Below, piece by piece: positions 7,378-16,684 of a DNA stretch of 43,715 bases. The notes below the pieces were generated by a model. That model was not told where the DNA came from and searched no databases. It saw only the letters and a list, made by a program, of their open reading frames with translations. This DNA comes from a virus. Lineage: Duplodnaviria; Caudoviricetes. The position numbers were made by a program, and so were the translations under genes. Within the stretch, counting starts at the first letter, position 1. Every line of letters starts with the position of its first letter. Location: positions 1 through 43,715 of IMG/VR virus record IMGVR_UViG_3300017707_001269; one strand, 5' to 3'.

Positions 7378-8906
7378 TGTCAGCCCAGTTTGACGTTGAC
7401 TTCACCTCAAAGCAAAGCAGGGCGCTCCAGTCCATAGCCACGGAGATTCTGTACGGTGGCGCGGCCGGCGGCGGTAAGAGCTACTTCATGCGTGCGCTGG
7501 CCATCATCCTGTGCGGGCTGATTCCTGGCCTCAATGTCTACCTGTTCCGCCGCATCTATGAGGACTTGATAAAGAACCACATGGAAGGGCCGGGCGGGTT
7601 CCCAGTGATGCTGGCGCCGCTGGTGGTGTCGGGCCACGTCAAGATAGTTGACGACGAAATCAGGTTCTGGAACGGCTCGCGCATCTTCCTGTGTCATTGC
7701 CAGCTTGAAAAGCACCGGTTTAAGTACCAGGGCGCTGAGATTCACGTCCTTCTTATCGATGAGCTGACCATGTTCACCGAAACAATTTACCGCTTCCTGC
7801 GTGGTCGGCTTCGCGCGCCTGGTCTTGAAATACCCCAATGGGCTATTGAATTCTTCCGCGCCAAGTTCGGCGTGGAGCTACCCGCCAAGATCCCAATGGT
7901 GCTGAATGGTTCAAACCCCGGTAATGAGGGCCACGGCTGGGTTAAGGCTGCGTTTATCGACGGCGCAAAGGAGTTCGAGGTTCGGCGCATGGCGCCGGGT
8001 GAGGGTGGGATGCTCAGGCAGTACATCCCCGCGCGCCTGGAGGACAACCCGCACATAGACACGCAGGAATACGAGGGCAAATTGGCCGGACTGGGCAATA
8101 AAGAGCTGGTTAGAGCCATGCGCTACGGGGATTGGTCTATCGTGGCGGGCGCGTTCTTCGACAACATCAGCGAGGAAAAGCACAAGCTGCCCAGCTTCAC
8201 CCCGCCAAAGCACTGGACACGCTTCCGGTCGCTGGACTGGGGTAGTGCCAGGCCTTTCTCGGTTGGCTGGTGGTGTATTGCTGAGGCTGAATGGGTGAAG
8301 ACCTTCAAGGACGGCAAGGAGCGCATGCTCCCCGCTGGCGCCTTGGTGCGCTACCGTGAGTGGTACGGTGTCAAGTACAACGAGGAAGGCATGGTCAAGG
8401 CGAATGAAGGCCTGAGGTTGTCTGCTGAGGCGGTAGGCCGCGGCATTCTGGAGCGTGAGGCGGGAGAATCGATAGACGAGGGTATGAGCCGTGCCGACCC
8501 GTCCATGTGGAAAGAGGACGGCGGGCCTTCAAATGCCGAGCGGATGCTGAAATGTGACTCCAAAGACCCGTCAAAGATATGCGGCCCGCGCTTTGCCCCA
8601 GCTGATAACACCCGCGTGTCTGGCTGGCAGCAGATGTACTCACGCTTGGCTTGGGATGGCATAGATGACGGTGAGCCGATGCTCTACGTCACCGATGACT
8701 GCCACAACTGGTGGCGCACCGTCCCGCCGCTGCAGCACGATGAACACCGCGCCGAAGACGTGAACTCGGACATGGAAGACCACGCCGGGGATGACACGCG
8801 CTATGCCTGCATGGGCCGGCCTGTGTCCCGAGTTCAAAAGCCAAGGAAGCCGACAGGCCCCAAGCCCTGGACACTCGACTGGATCACGGCGCAGGAAAGC
8901 CGCTAA
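7377..8906 (+). CDS. terL: Terminase large subunit
   Basis: Walker A YGGAAGGGKS, Walker B LLIDE, NPG motif, nuclease DWG and DHAGDDTRY. Confidence 0.95.
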   Translation: MSAQFDVDFTSKQSRALQSIATEILYGGAAGGGKSYFMRALAIILCGLIPGLNVYLFRRIYEDLIKNHMEGPGGFPVMLAPLVVSGHVKIVDDEIRFWNGSRIFLCHCQLEKHRFKYQGAEIHVLLIDELTMFTETIYRFLRGRLRAPGLEIPQWAIEFFRAKFGVELPAKIPMVLNGSNPGNEGHGWVKAAFIDGAKEFEVRRMAPGEGGMLRQYIPARLEDNPHIDTQEYEGKLAGLGNKELVRAMRYGDWSIVAGAFFDNISEEKHKLPSFTPPKHWTRFRSLDWGSARPFSVGWWCIAEAEWVKTFKDGKERMLPAGALVRYREWYGVKYNEEGMVKANEGLRLSAEAVGRGILEREAGESIDEGMSRADPSMWKEDGGPSNAERMLKCDSKDPSKICGPRFAPADNTRVSGWQQMYSRLAWDGIDDGEPMLYVTDDCHNWWRTVPPLQHDEHRAEDVNSDMEDHAGDDTRYACMGRPVSRVQKPRKPTGPKPWTLDWITAQESR

Positions 8907-8912
8907 TCATTC

Positions 8913-8950
8913 AAAAAACTTAGCGCCTGAAATTGCCCAATAGCGGCATG
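8913..8950 (+). promoter_or_regulatory. Conserved late-promoter-like element, copy 1
   Basis: AAAAAACTTA-N12-GCCCAATAG-CGGC-ATG, matching 24048-24085. Confidence 0.65.
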
Positions 8951-9463
8951 AGCATTTCAGCCGCTAATGTCGCTCCCAACTTTCTTTTGCGTAACAGCAT
9001 TACGGCGGAGGAGCTTCGCCAATTGCAGGAGCCCGTCGCCTTGTTTGAGTACGAGGGCCGGGACAGCGACGGTCATCCGTTCTTTGTCTACACCGTAGCT
9101 GGATGGCTGAATGGCGTGAACATCGCCACCATGCAAGGTGGTGCCACTGTTGGCGGTCAGGTGATCGTCATTCCAATGGACACCCGCGAGGCTGCCGACC
9201 AGATGGTCGCAGACGGCCTCGCTACCACGCTGAACGCCCTCGACAAGGACGAAGAGGACACCCGAGAGGCTGTCAAGTCCTTGGAGCGCCTGCGGTCTGT
9301 GGGCGAGCAAGAGCGCTTCGACCAGGCCATCCGCCCCGACAAGAACGAAGACTTCGTAAACGACGCCGAGCGCATTCAGAAGCTGCGCGGCGACGACATC
9401 ATTTTGACGGCTGGGCGCGTTGCTGTGCCTGACATCAAGAGCGTTTTCCCGGCTTTGCACTGA
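8948..9463 (+). CDS. Hypothetical protein, first gene of head block
   Basis: ATG directly after the conserved element; typical codon usage. Confidence 0.75.
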   Translation: MSISAANVAPNFLLRNSITAEELRQLQEPVALFEYEGRDSDGHPFFVYTVAGWLNGVNIATMQGGATVGGQVIVIPMDTREAADQMVADGLATTLNALDKDEEDTREAVKSLERLRSVGEQERFDQAIRPDKNEDFVNDAERIQKLRGDDIILTAGRVAVPDIKSVFPALH

Positions 9464-9481
9464 ACAACCACAGGAGGCTCC

Positions 9482-9667
9482 ATGCCTGAACTTGACGAAA
9501 TCAAACTGCCAACGGACACCCTTATTCACATCGGCGGCATGCCTTTCGAGGTCAAAGCTGGCACGGTCATTTACGGCCGTGAGTCAAACCTAAAGCTGGC
9601 TCAAGGCGAAGGCATGGGCATCCATGGCGAGGGCCTAGGCGTCAACGGCGGCGGTTCGAGCTGCTGA
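9482..9667 (+). CDS. Small hypothetical protein
   Basis: AGGAGG SD. Confidence 0.65.
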   Translation: MPELDEIKLPTDTLIHIGGMPFEVKAGTVIYGRESNLKLAQGEGMGIHGEGLGVNGGGSSC

Positions 9668-9758
9668 ACTGAGTTTCCCCTGGGCGGCACGGCCCTTTCA
9701 CTTCGTGCCCGGATCGTAGGACCGGTTTCTACCCGGGCGAAGGCCCAAGGAGTTAATC

Positions 9759-10373
9759 ATGGCTATCAAAGCACTTTCTATCGGTTCCGCCGGTTCTGCA
9801 GTCGGCATGCACCTCATCACGGGCGGCACCAATGCAACCCCCATCGTTGCGACCTTCGCCGCCAATAGCGGGCTGAAGACTGGCGACCGTGTTGCAATCT
9901 CCGGCATCACTGGCCTGACCGCCATGAATGGCGAATGGACGCTGGAAGCTGTGACGGCCACCACGTTCAAGCTCCTGGGTTCTGTCGGTAACGGCACCTA
10001 CGGCGGCACGCCACGTTGCGCACTGATCTTCGACAAGACCCCACACATGGAAGACCATTCCATGTACTTGCAGACCTCGGGCAACCTGGTTGGCTCGATC
10101 CTGCTTGAGTCGTTCGGCTCTTACGCTGAGTTTGCCGCGGGCAACAACTCGCTGTCCGGCTCTGTGCTGCCTCCTGTGGTTGCTGGCGCCTCTACCGGCA
10201 TCGTGACCAACACCACGGCCACCAGCGCAAGCACTTCCACCATCGCCAGCTCCACGATTGCCATTGCTGCGATCAACGAGGGCGCCGGCTTTGAAATCAA
10301 GCCCGCCAAGTACATGCGCTGCAGCGTGTCGGCTTACACGTCCGGCACTGGTGCTGGCGTCATCCTGGCCTAA
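9759..10373 (+). CDS. Putative virion protein with FCCH-like beta domain
   Basis: ITGGTNATPIV...GLKTGDRVAISGITGLTAMNG...TATTFKL; AAGGAG SD. Confidence 0.7.
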   Translation: MAIKALSIGSAGSAVGMHLITGGTNATPIVATFAANSGLKTGDRVAISGITGLTAMNGEWTLEAVTATTFKLLGSVGNGTYGGTPRCALIFDKTPHMEDHSMYLQTSGNLVGSILLESFGSYAEFAAGNNSLSGSVLPPVVAGASTGIVTNTTATSASTSTIASSTIAIAAINEGAGFEIKPAKYMRCSVSAYTSGTGAGVILA

Positions 10374-10376
10374 TCG

Positions 10377-12500
10377 ATGCCAAAAGCGCGCGCCCCTGAG
10401 GCTGAGGTCCGGACTGTCTCTGACGAGGACAAGAAACTCGCCAAGGACTGGCTGGACAAGATCAAGGCCGCGCAAGAGCGCTCGAAAACGCAGTTCGCCC
10501 AATTTGAGGTGAACCGCAGGCTGCTGTCAGGCAAGGTGAAGGGTAACCGGGACGAAAAAGAAACCGTCCGGGCAAACCTTCACTACGCCAACATGGCAGC
10601 GATGCTGCCGCAGGTCTACGCCAAAGACCCAGAATTCGCGGTACGGCCTACCCTGGCGGTAGGGCCAGATCAAATGGACGCCGTTAAGCGCTTTGCCAAG
10701 GCTGGCGAGGCGATGCTCACAACCGTTCTGGTCAAGGGCAACGCAGGACAGCTCAAAAAGCAATGTAAAAAGGTTGTTCGGTCGAACTACACCACGAGCG
10801 TGGGCTGGCTGAAGTGCGCTTATCAGGAAGACCCAACCAAAGACCCGCTGATCGAAAACCGCGTCAAGGACACCCAGGACAACATCCTGCGCATTGAGAC
10901 GCTGCTGCGCGACATTAAAAACCCCGAACTCATCAGCAACCACGAGCTTGAGCTGGCGAAGCTAAAACAGTCGATTGAGGGGTTGGAGACGCAGCAAGAG
11001 GTCAAAGTCGCCAAGGGCCTGGTTTTGGATTTCGTGCTGAGCGAGGACATTCTGGTTCTTGATAGAACCGTTCGGGCGATCACCGACTACCCGCGATCAT
11101 CGGCCATGAGCCACCGTGTTTGGATGACAACCAGTCAGTACCAGACGCGTTTTAAATACCTACCCAAGGGTGCAAAGAAGTATTCAGAGCAGCCCGGACA
11201 GGGTAGCCAACCCCAGCAAACTGACGCCCCGAACCCTGCTGATTCGCTGCTGTGTGTGCATGAGGTCTGGGACCAGGACAGCAACCGAATTTTCTATGTC
11301 TGCGATGGCGAAGAGGGCTTTTGTGAGCCACCAAGCTCTCCCGACTGGACCGGCGAGCGCTGGTATCCATTCTTTCTCGTGGCCTTCAACGAGATTGACG
11401 GCAGCTTCTACCCGTTGTCGGACGTGGAGCTGACTGACAAGCTGGTGATTGAGTACAACCGCAACCGCGATGACCAGGTGCGCGACCGCAAGGCGTGTTT
11501 GCCGGTGAACGTGGTGCGCAAAGGTGGTGGACTGACCCCCGACGACGTGAAGCGTATCGCAAACCGCGAGGGCAGCGATGTCATCATGGTTGAAGGCGTG
11601 GGCGGGCAGCCACTGACGAACGACATGTTTGTAGGTCAGCTGGGCAAGATGGACGCCGCAGCCTATGACACCACATCAACCCGCTACGACATGGAGCGGA
11701 TGCTTGGGGGTTCGGACTCCTCTACCGGGTCAATCACCAAGGCCAAGACGCTAGGTGAGGCTGAAATCCTCACGGCTGCTCTTCGCGGTCGCACCGATGA
11801 GCGCCGGGACACCATCGAGGACATGCTCAATGAGTTGGGTCCTTATGCCATCGAAATCATGTTGCGCAAGTACACGGCGCAGGAGGTCAAGGCGATTGCC
11901 GGGCCGGATGCCGAGTGGCCGCAGATGTCGATAGACGAGATTTTCAACATGGTCAGCGTAGAGGTCCGAGCAGGATCTACCGGCAAGCCCAACCAGGCGC
12001 AGGAGCAAGAGCGCTGGACCAAGTTGCTCCCCATCGTCAATGAGGCGGTCGCAAAGGTAGCTGAGTTGCGCTCAACCGGCCAAGAGGCGCTGGCTGAGGC
12101 GGTTATCGAACTCACCCGCGAAACCCTGCGCCGCTTTGATGAGCGCATTGACATCGAGCAGTTCCTCCCGAAGAAGCCAGAAGGCGAAGACGACCCAGCC
12201 ATGCTGAAGCAACAGCTTGTCGCAGGCCAAGGCCAGCTCAAGGAGGTGATGAGCCAACTCAAAGACGCCACCACCAAGCTCGAAAAGGGCTATGTGCAAG
12301 CCGCGGCGCAAATTGCCACATCCGCAGACCCACAACTGGGCGCCCTGGCGTTCGGCGTGGTGCTTGGCGAGATTTCCCCTGATGCGCTGGCTTCCTTGCC
12401 GCGCCCACAACCAATGATTCCAGCCGAAGAAGAGCCATTAGAGCCCACCGGCATGGAGGCCCCAGTTTCCCAACCAACAGCAGACACAGTGCTGCAATAA
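10377..12500 (+). CDS. Portal protein
   Basis: 707 aa, position between terminase and scaffold/capsid, YPF motif, coiled-coil C-terminus. Confidence 0.85.
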   Translation: MPKARAPEAEVRTVSDEDKKLAKDWLDKIKAAQERSKTQFAQFEVNRRLLSGKVKGNRDEKETVRANLHYANMAAMLPQVYAKDPEFAVRPTLAVGPDQMDAVKRFAKAGEAMLTTVLVKGNAGQLKKQCKKVVRSNYTTSVGWLKCAYQEDPTKDPLIENRVKDTQDNILRIETLLRDIKNPELISNHELELAKLKQSIEGLETQQEVKVAKGLVLDFVLSEDILVLDRTVRAITDYPRSSAMSHRVWMTTSQYQTRFKYLPKGAKKYSEQPGQGSQPQQTDAPNPADSLLCVHEVWDQDSNRIFYVCDGEEGFCEPPSSPDWTGERWYPFFLVAFNEIDGSFYPLSDVELTDKLVIEYNRNRDDQVRDRKACLPVNVVRKGGGLTPDDVKRIANREGSDVIMVEGVGGQPLTNDMFVGQLGKMDAAAYDTTSTRYDMERMLGGSDSSTGSITKAKTLGEAEILTAALRGRTDERRDTIEDMLNELGPYAIEIMLRKYTAQEVKAIAGPDAEWPQMSIDEIFNMVSVEVRAGSTGKPNQAQEQERWTKLLPIVNEAVAKVAELRSTGQEALAEAVIELTRETLRRFDERIDIEQFLPKKPEGEDDPAMLKQQLVAGQGQLKEVMSQLKDATTKLEKGYVQAAAQIATSADPQLGALAFGVVLGEISPDALASLPRPQPMIPAEEEPLEPTGMEAPVSQPTADTVLQ

Positions 12501-12504
12501 AGCC

Positions 12505-13644
12505 ATGAAATTCCGCCAAAAACTCTTTGCACGCCTGTACCGCGATCCTGAGCCCGGGGTAGATGGTTCGGGTGATTCCACAATCGATACTTCGGTTGAC
12601 ACTTCAGCCGCAAACACGGCAGCCGACACCGCGCCACCAGCGAACAGCATTGAAGGCGGCATGGCCGCAATGTTCCCTGTTGCCGCGCCTGAAGGTGAAA
12701 CGGCTGAAGCAAAGGCCGAGCGCCTGCGCGATGCGGCCGGCCGCTTTGCGACAAAGACCGAGCCAGACCCAAAGGCTGCGGCAACTGACCCTAACGCCGT
12801 CAAGAAGCCCGTAGTTGACCCCAAAGACGCAACGGTCATGCCTGAGGGCCTCACACCAAAGGCTGCGGAGCGCTTTCAGACGCTGGCGAATACCAACAAG
12901 GAATTGACCGGGCGTCTGGAGCAGCTCACGGCAGTGGCCGGCGGCAATCCTGATGCCATCGCACCGATGTTGCAGAACGCCGCGGCCTTGCAGCAGACAT
13001 TCCAGGAGCATGGCGTAACGCGTGAGCAGTTCACCCAGGCCACCCAGGCGATTGGACTATTGAACCGCGGCGACATCGCGGGCTTTCAATCGATGCTTGA
13101 GGACCAACTCCGGCAAATCTCGCTTGTGACTGGCAAGGCCCCCGGGCAAATTGACCCGTTGGCCGGCTTTCCCGACCTCCGGGAGCGCGTTGACGCCCTG
13201 CAAATCAGCGAGTCTGACGCCATTGAGCTGGCGCGCAATCGCACGGTGCAGAACAACCAGCAGCAAACACAGCAGCGGCAACAGCAGGACCGCCAGATTG
13301 AGCAGCAAAGCCAGCAAGCCATCCATGGCGGCCAGGTCGCCGTTGACCGGTTTTGCAAATCACGTATGACCTCGGATCTGGACTACGCAAAGATTGAGCC
13401 GCTCTTGCTCAAAGAGGTTCAGGGCGGCTTGTTGGAGGGTATTCCTCCGCAGCGCTGGGCAGCAATCATCGAAAAAACTTACAACCTCATCAAGCAAACT
13501 GCAGGCTCAGTTCGCACGCAAACCACTGGTGGTAGCGGCGGCGGGGTGCTTCGGCCCAGTGGCGGCGATGCTGTAAAAGGCAAGCCGCAAAGTGGGTTCG
13601 AGGCCATGTTCGGTACACCAGCTCCGGCGGGATACCGGGAGTAA
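12505..13644 (+). CDS. Capsid scaffolding protein
   Basis: Acidic low-complexity N-terminus, RDAAGRFA motif, Gln-rich coiled coil; between portal and capsid. Confidence 0.75.
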   Translation: MKFRQKLFARLYRDPEPGVDGSGDSTIDTSVDTSAANTAADTAPPANSIEGGMAAMFPVAAPEGETAEAKAERLRDAAGRFATKTEPDPKAAATDPNAVKKPVVDPKDATVMPEGLTPKAAERFQTLANTNKELTGRLEQLTAVAGGNPDAIAPMLQNAAALQQTFQEHGVTREQFTQATQAIGLLNRGDIAGFQSMLEDQLRQISLVTGKAPGQIDPLAGFPDLRERVDALQISESDAIELARNRTVQNNQQQTQQRQQQDRQIEQQSQQAIHGGQVAVDRFCKSRMTSDLDYAKIEPLLLKEVQGGLLEGIPPQRWAAIIEKTYNLIKQTAGSVRTQTTGGSGGGVLRPSGGDAVKGKPQSGFEAMFGTPAPAGYRE

Positions 13645-13790
13645 GGGGATTCTCCACCCCCAGGCGTTAGGCCCACTCGCCACGGGCAGAGATTTCACTG
13701 TTAGTTGGATGTGAGCGTGATTCATCCCGCGCAAATGTACGTAGTAGCCCGTCGTCGGGGCGTGTGTTCAAACATTTGCAAGGAAATATC

Positions 13791-14846
13791 ATGCCATTCA
13801 CCGCACAAGAAATTATCGACGCCGGCAAGATCGGCCTCGATTACTTTCTGGCCAACGACCCAGTTGACCAGATCAAAGTCGAGCGCCCGCTGCTGAAAAA
13901 GCTGCGCGCGAAGCAAAAAGACGCCCCCGGCGGCAAGCAGTTCATCGTCGTGCAACTCCGCACGAACTATGGCTCGAACTTCCAGTGGTACAACGGCTCC
14001 GCTGTTGTTTCCTACAACCGTCGCGTGAGCAACGAGCAGGCTAGCTACGCATGGCGCTCCTGCCATGACGGTCTGGCACTGGACGAGGACCGCCTGGCGC
14101 AAAACGGCATCACCATGACCGACGACAGCGGCCCGACCACGGCCAGCGACGCGGAAAAGATGCAGTTGACCAACCTGTTCAAAGAGCAGACTGCCATCCT
14201 GAAGCTGGGCTTTGAGGAGCAATTCAGCTATGCGCTGCACGTTGACGGCGCCCAATCCACCGATGCAATCGTGGGCCTGGACGCTCTGGTGTCCTCGACC
14301 CCAACGTCTGGTGTGGTGGGCGGTATCGACCGCTCTGTAGCTGGCAATGCCTACTGGCGCAACAACGTCGCCACGGGCCTGACCAGCACGACCACGACCG
14401 GCACCATCTTGAACCAGATGGAAATCGCATGGCGCAATTGCATGCGTAACGGCGGCCGCCCTGACTTCATCCTGGCCGGCTCCACCTACATCGACGGTTA
14501 CCGCAACTTCCTGACCAATACCTACGGTCGCATGGACTACGGCCCAGGCGGCTTCAAGCGTGTTGGCGGCGGCACCGAAGTGATGACCTTCCAAGGTGTT
14601 GATGTCGAGTGGTCGCCTGAATTCCAGGCGCTGGATGCGCTGTATGCGCCTTCCATCCTCTGGGAAAAGCGCTGCTACTTCCTGAACACCTCGACCATCA
14701 CGCTCATGCCTCTGTCTGGCCACGACCAGAAGACCCGCAAGCCGCCTCGCGCCTATGACCGGTACGAGTACTACTGGGGTCTGACCTGGAAGGGCGCATT
14801 GACCATGAACCGGGCCAATGCAAACGCCTTCCTGTCGCTGACGTAA
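13791..14846 (+). CDS. Major capsid protein
   Basis: 351 aa, AAGGA SD, strong codon bias, RPLL...GG..I and GL.A...VGGIDRS...YWRN; followed by terminator. Confidence 0.88.
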   Translation: MPFTAQEIIDAGKIGLDYFLANDPVDQIKVERPLLKKLRAKQKDAPGGKQFIVVQLRTNYGSNFQWYNGSAVVSYNRRVSNEQASYAWRSCHDGLALDEDRLAQNGITMTDDSGPTTASDAEKMQLTNLFKEQTAILKLGFEEQFSYALHVDGAQSTDAIVGLDALVSSTPTSGVVGGIDRSVAGNAYWRNNVATGLTSTTTTGTILNQMEIAWRNCMRNGGRPDFILAGSTYIDGYRNFLTNTYGRMDYGPGGFKRVGGGTEVMTFQGVDVEWSPEFQALDALYAPSILWEKRCYFLNTSTITLMPLSGHDQKTRKPPRAYDRYEYYWGLTWKGALTMNRANANAFLSLT

Positions 14847-14920
14847 AGCGCAAAGCGGGCTGCCACCCGCTGTTTCTCGCAGTTGTCTCCAGTTCTGGCA
14901 TGGCGGTGTCAGAGCCTTTT

Positions 14921-14946
14921 GGGTCGGGGCAACCCGGCCCCTTTTT
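14921..14946 (+). terminator. Rho-independent terminator after capsid gene
   Basis: GGGTCGGG-GCAA-CCCGGCCC then CTTTTT. Confidence 0.8.
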
Positions 14947-14968
14947 GAAGCATAAAAAAGGATTCATC

Positions 14969-15598
14969 ATGGCTCGCTACCCCGCTAAGGCAAATCTCCC
15001 CGAATCATCGCCCGAACAGTCTGCAAAGCAGCTCTCGCGCCGTATTCACATCATCGTCAAGCGCGACATTACGTCCGCGGCTTCGACCACTATCTGGCAG
15101 CACGAAAAGCCCATTCTTGAGGCGATCTTCGGTGAAGACACCATTCAGGAAATCCCGGCCGAAACGCTGAACGAAGGCTACACCGACACGGTGCGCCCGG
15201 ACCTCCTGATCCACAACAAGACCCAGGACAAGATCGCCAAGCCATCGGATTCGCAGGGCATGGGCTTTGTGTTCATCGGCAATGCCGAATCTGAATACCA
15301 CCGCGTGGCCAAGATCTACGCCAAGCTCGAAGACGAAAAGCGCCCGACTGTTGAGGTGCTGTATGGACGCTTTCAAGAAGGCCGCTTCGCTCGGCTGCTG
15401 GGTGAGCCCGAGCTGTCCGACCTGCCGAACGCCCAACTCCGCGCCCTGATCCTGGACTACGGTTACGCGCCGATTCCTCACAAGGATGCCAGCGCCGACG
15501 AGAAGAACGCCGTCTACAAGCAGCGGCAAGACCTCGTTACGGCTGACCATGCAACCCTCGTCGCCCTGGCTGAAGAAGTCGGCGTCCAAATCGGTTAA
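14969..15598 (+). CDS. Hypothetical structural-region protein
   Basis: AAGGA SD; position after capsid. Confidence 0.75.
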   Translation: MARYPAKANLPESSPEQSAKQLSRRIHIIVKRDITSAASTTIWQHEKPILEAIFGEDTIQEIPAETLNEGYTDTVRPDLLIHNKTQDKIAKPSDSQGMGFVFIGNAESEYHRVAKIYAKLEDEKRPTVEVLYGRFQEGRFARLLGEPELSDLPNAQLRALILDYGYAPIPHKDASADEKNAVYKQRQDLVTADHATLVALAEEVGVQIG

Positions 15599-15611
15599 CC
15601 GGGAGAACCTC

Positions 15612-15824
15612 ATGCTCATCATGATTCAAAAAGACGCGGCCACGCAAATCTCTAAAGAGGTGGAAACCCTGGAGGACGCGCAAGTGTTCGCCAACAACGG
15701 TTTTCACGTTGCCGTGGCACAGGAAGACGGCAGCTTCAAGCCTTTGACCGATGTCCTGGCTGAAGAGCCGGCGGAAGTCGAAGCGGCACCAGCACCAAAG
15801 AAGCCTGCGGCTAAGAAGAAGTAA
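15612..15824 (+). CDS. Small protein with Lys-rich tail
   Basis: GGGAG SD; ends APKKPAAKKK. Confidence 0.7.
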   Translation: MLIMIQKDAATQISKEVETLEDAQVFANNGFHVAVAQEDGSFKPLTDVLAEEPAEVEAAPAPKKPAAKKK

Positions 15825-15827
15825 GCC

Positions 15828-16511
15828 GTGGCTTACCGCACCCTCGAAACACTGCGCACAGAGCTACTTGCCCGTCTGGGCATGGCTGGCATGGGTGCGT
15901 CTGGGGGTGCGAACCTGACCAGCATTGATTCATTCCTGCGCAACGGTCAGGCCCAGCTCTACCGGATGCAGGATTGGCGCCACCTGACCGACTATCAGGA
16001 CAAGACTCTGGGGCAGGCCCAGAACCTGCTTGATTACCCAAACGCGGGCGTCATGACCGGCAGAAGCTGTGCGCGCGATCAGCGCATCCTGAAGGTGGAA
16101 ACCATCTACAGCGGGCAGTATCTGCAGCTCAGAGAGGGCATCACCACTGACATGTGGTCAACGATGGAAACGCAGGCCCAGCCCATCCGCTACGAGCGGT
16201 ATGCGCAGATGCTGATCTATCCCAAGGCGAACCAGGTCTACACCGTGCGCGTGTGGTTTGTGGCCGACCTCGACCCATTCACCGAAGACGACGACACGGC
16301 CACGCTGGACGACGAAATGATCCTGCTGCATGCCTTGGCCAACGCAAAGGCGCATTACCGGCAGCCGGACGCCCCGACCTACCAGGGCCAATTAAACACT
16401 CTGCTCGGCACATTGCGCGGGCAGTCCTTCGGGGAAAACGGTGTGTATCGCCGCGGTGACTCGCCGGCCCCCATGAGAAAACCCGCAGTAGTAGGAAGGG
16501 ACGTACCGTAA
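15828..16511 (+). CDS. Head-tail adaptor protein
   Basis: TL..LR..L..RLG N-terminus, IYP, LL.ALA.AK; size and position of podoviral adaptors. Confidence 0.75.
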   Translation: MAYRTLETLRTELLARLGMAGMGASGGANLTSIDSFLRNGQAQLYRMQDWRHLTDYQDKTLGQAQNLLDYPNAGVMTGRSCARDQRILKVETIYSGQYLQLREGITTDMWSTMETQAQPIRYERYAQMLIYPKANQVYTVRVWFVADLDPFTEDDDTATLDDEMILLHALANAKAHYRQPDAPTYQGQLNTLLGTLRGQSFGENGVYRRGDSPAPMRKPAVVGRDVP

Positions 16512-16684
16512 TGGGACCAACTAGCATGAATAGCGCGAAGCAATCGCCACTCGGTAGCGGACTGGCCCAGCAGGGCGCACGCACTTTGCAGGGCCTGCCG
16601 TACCAGCGCCACGTCGCCGAAGCCAAGGCAATGGGACAAGCGCCCATGAGCCCTGAGCAGTTTCTGACGCAATCGGGGGGCTGA
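16511..16684 (+). CDS. 57-aa hypothetical protein
   Basis: Hand-translated; TAATG and TGATG overlaps with both neighbours. Confidence 0.6.
   Translation: MGPTSMNSAKQSPLGSGLAQQGARTLQGLPYQRHVAEAKAMGQAPMSPEQFLTQSGG

Noticed and set aside
13722-14723. 333-aa minus-strand ORF
   Set aside because: Antisense shadow of the highly biased capsid gene
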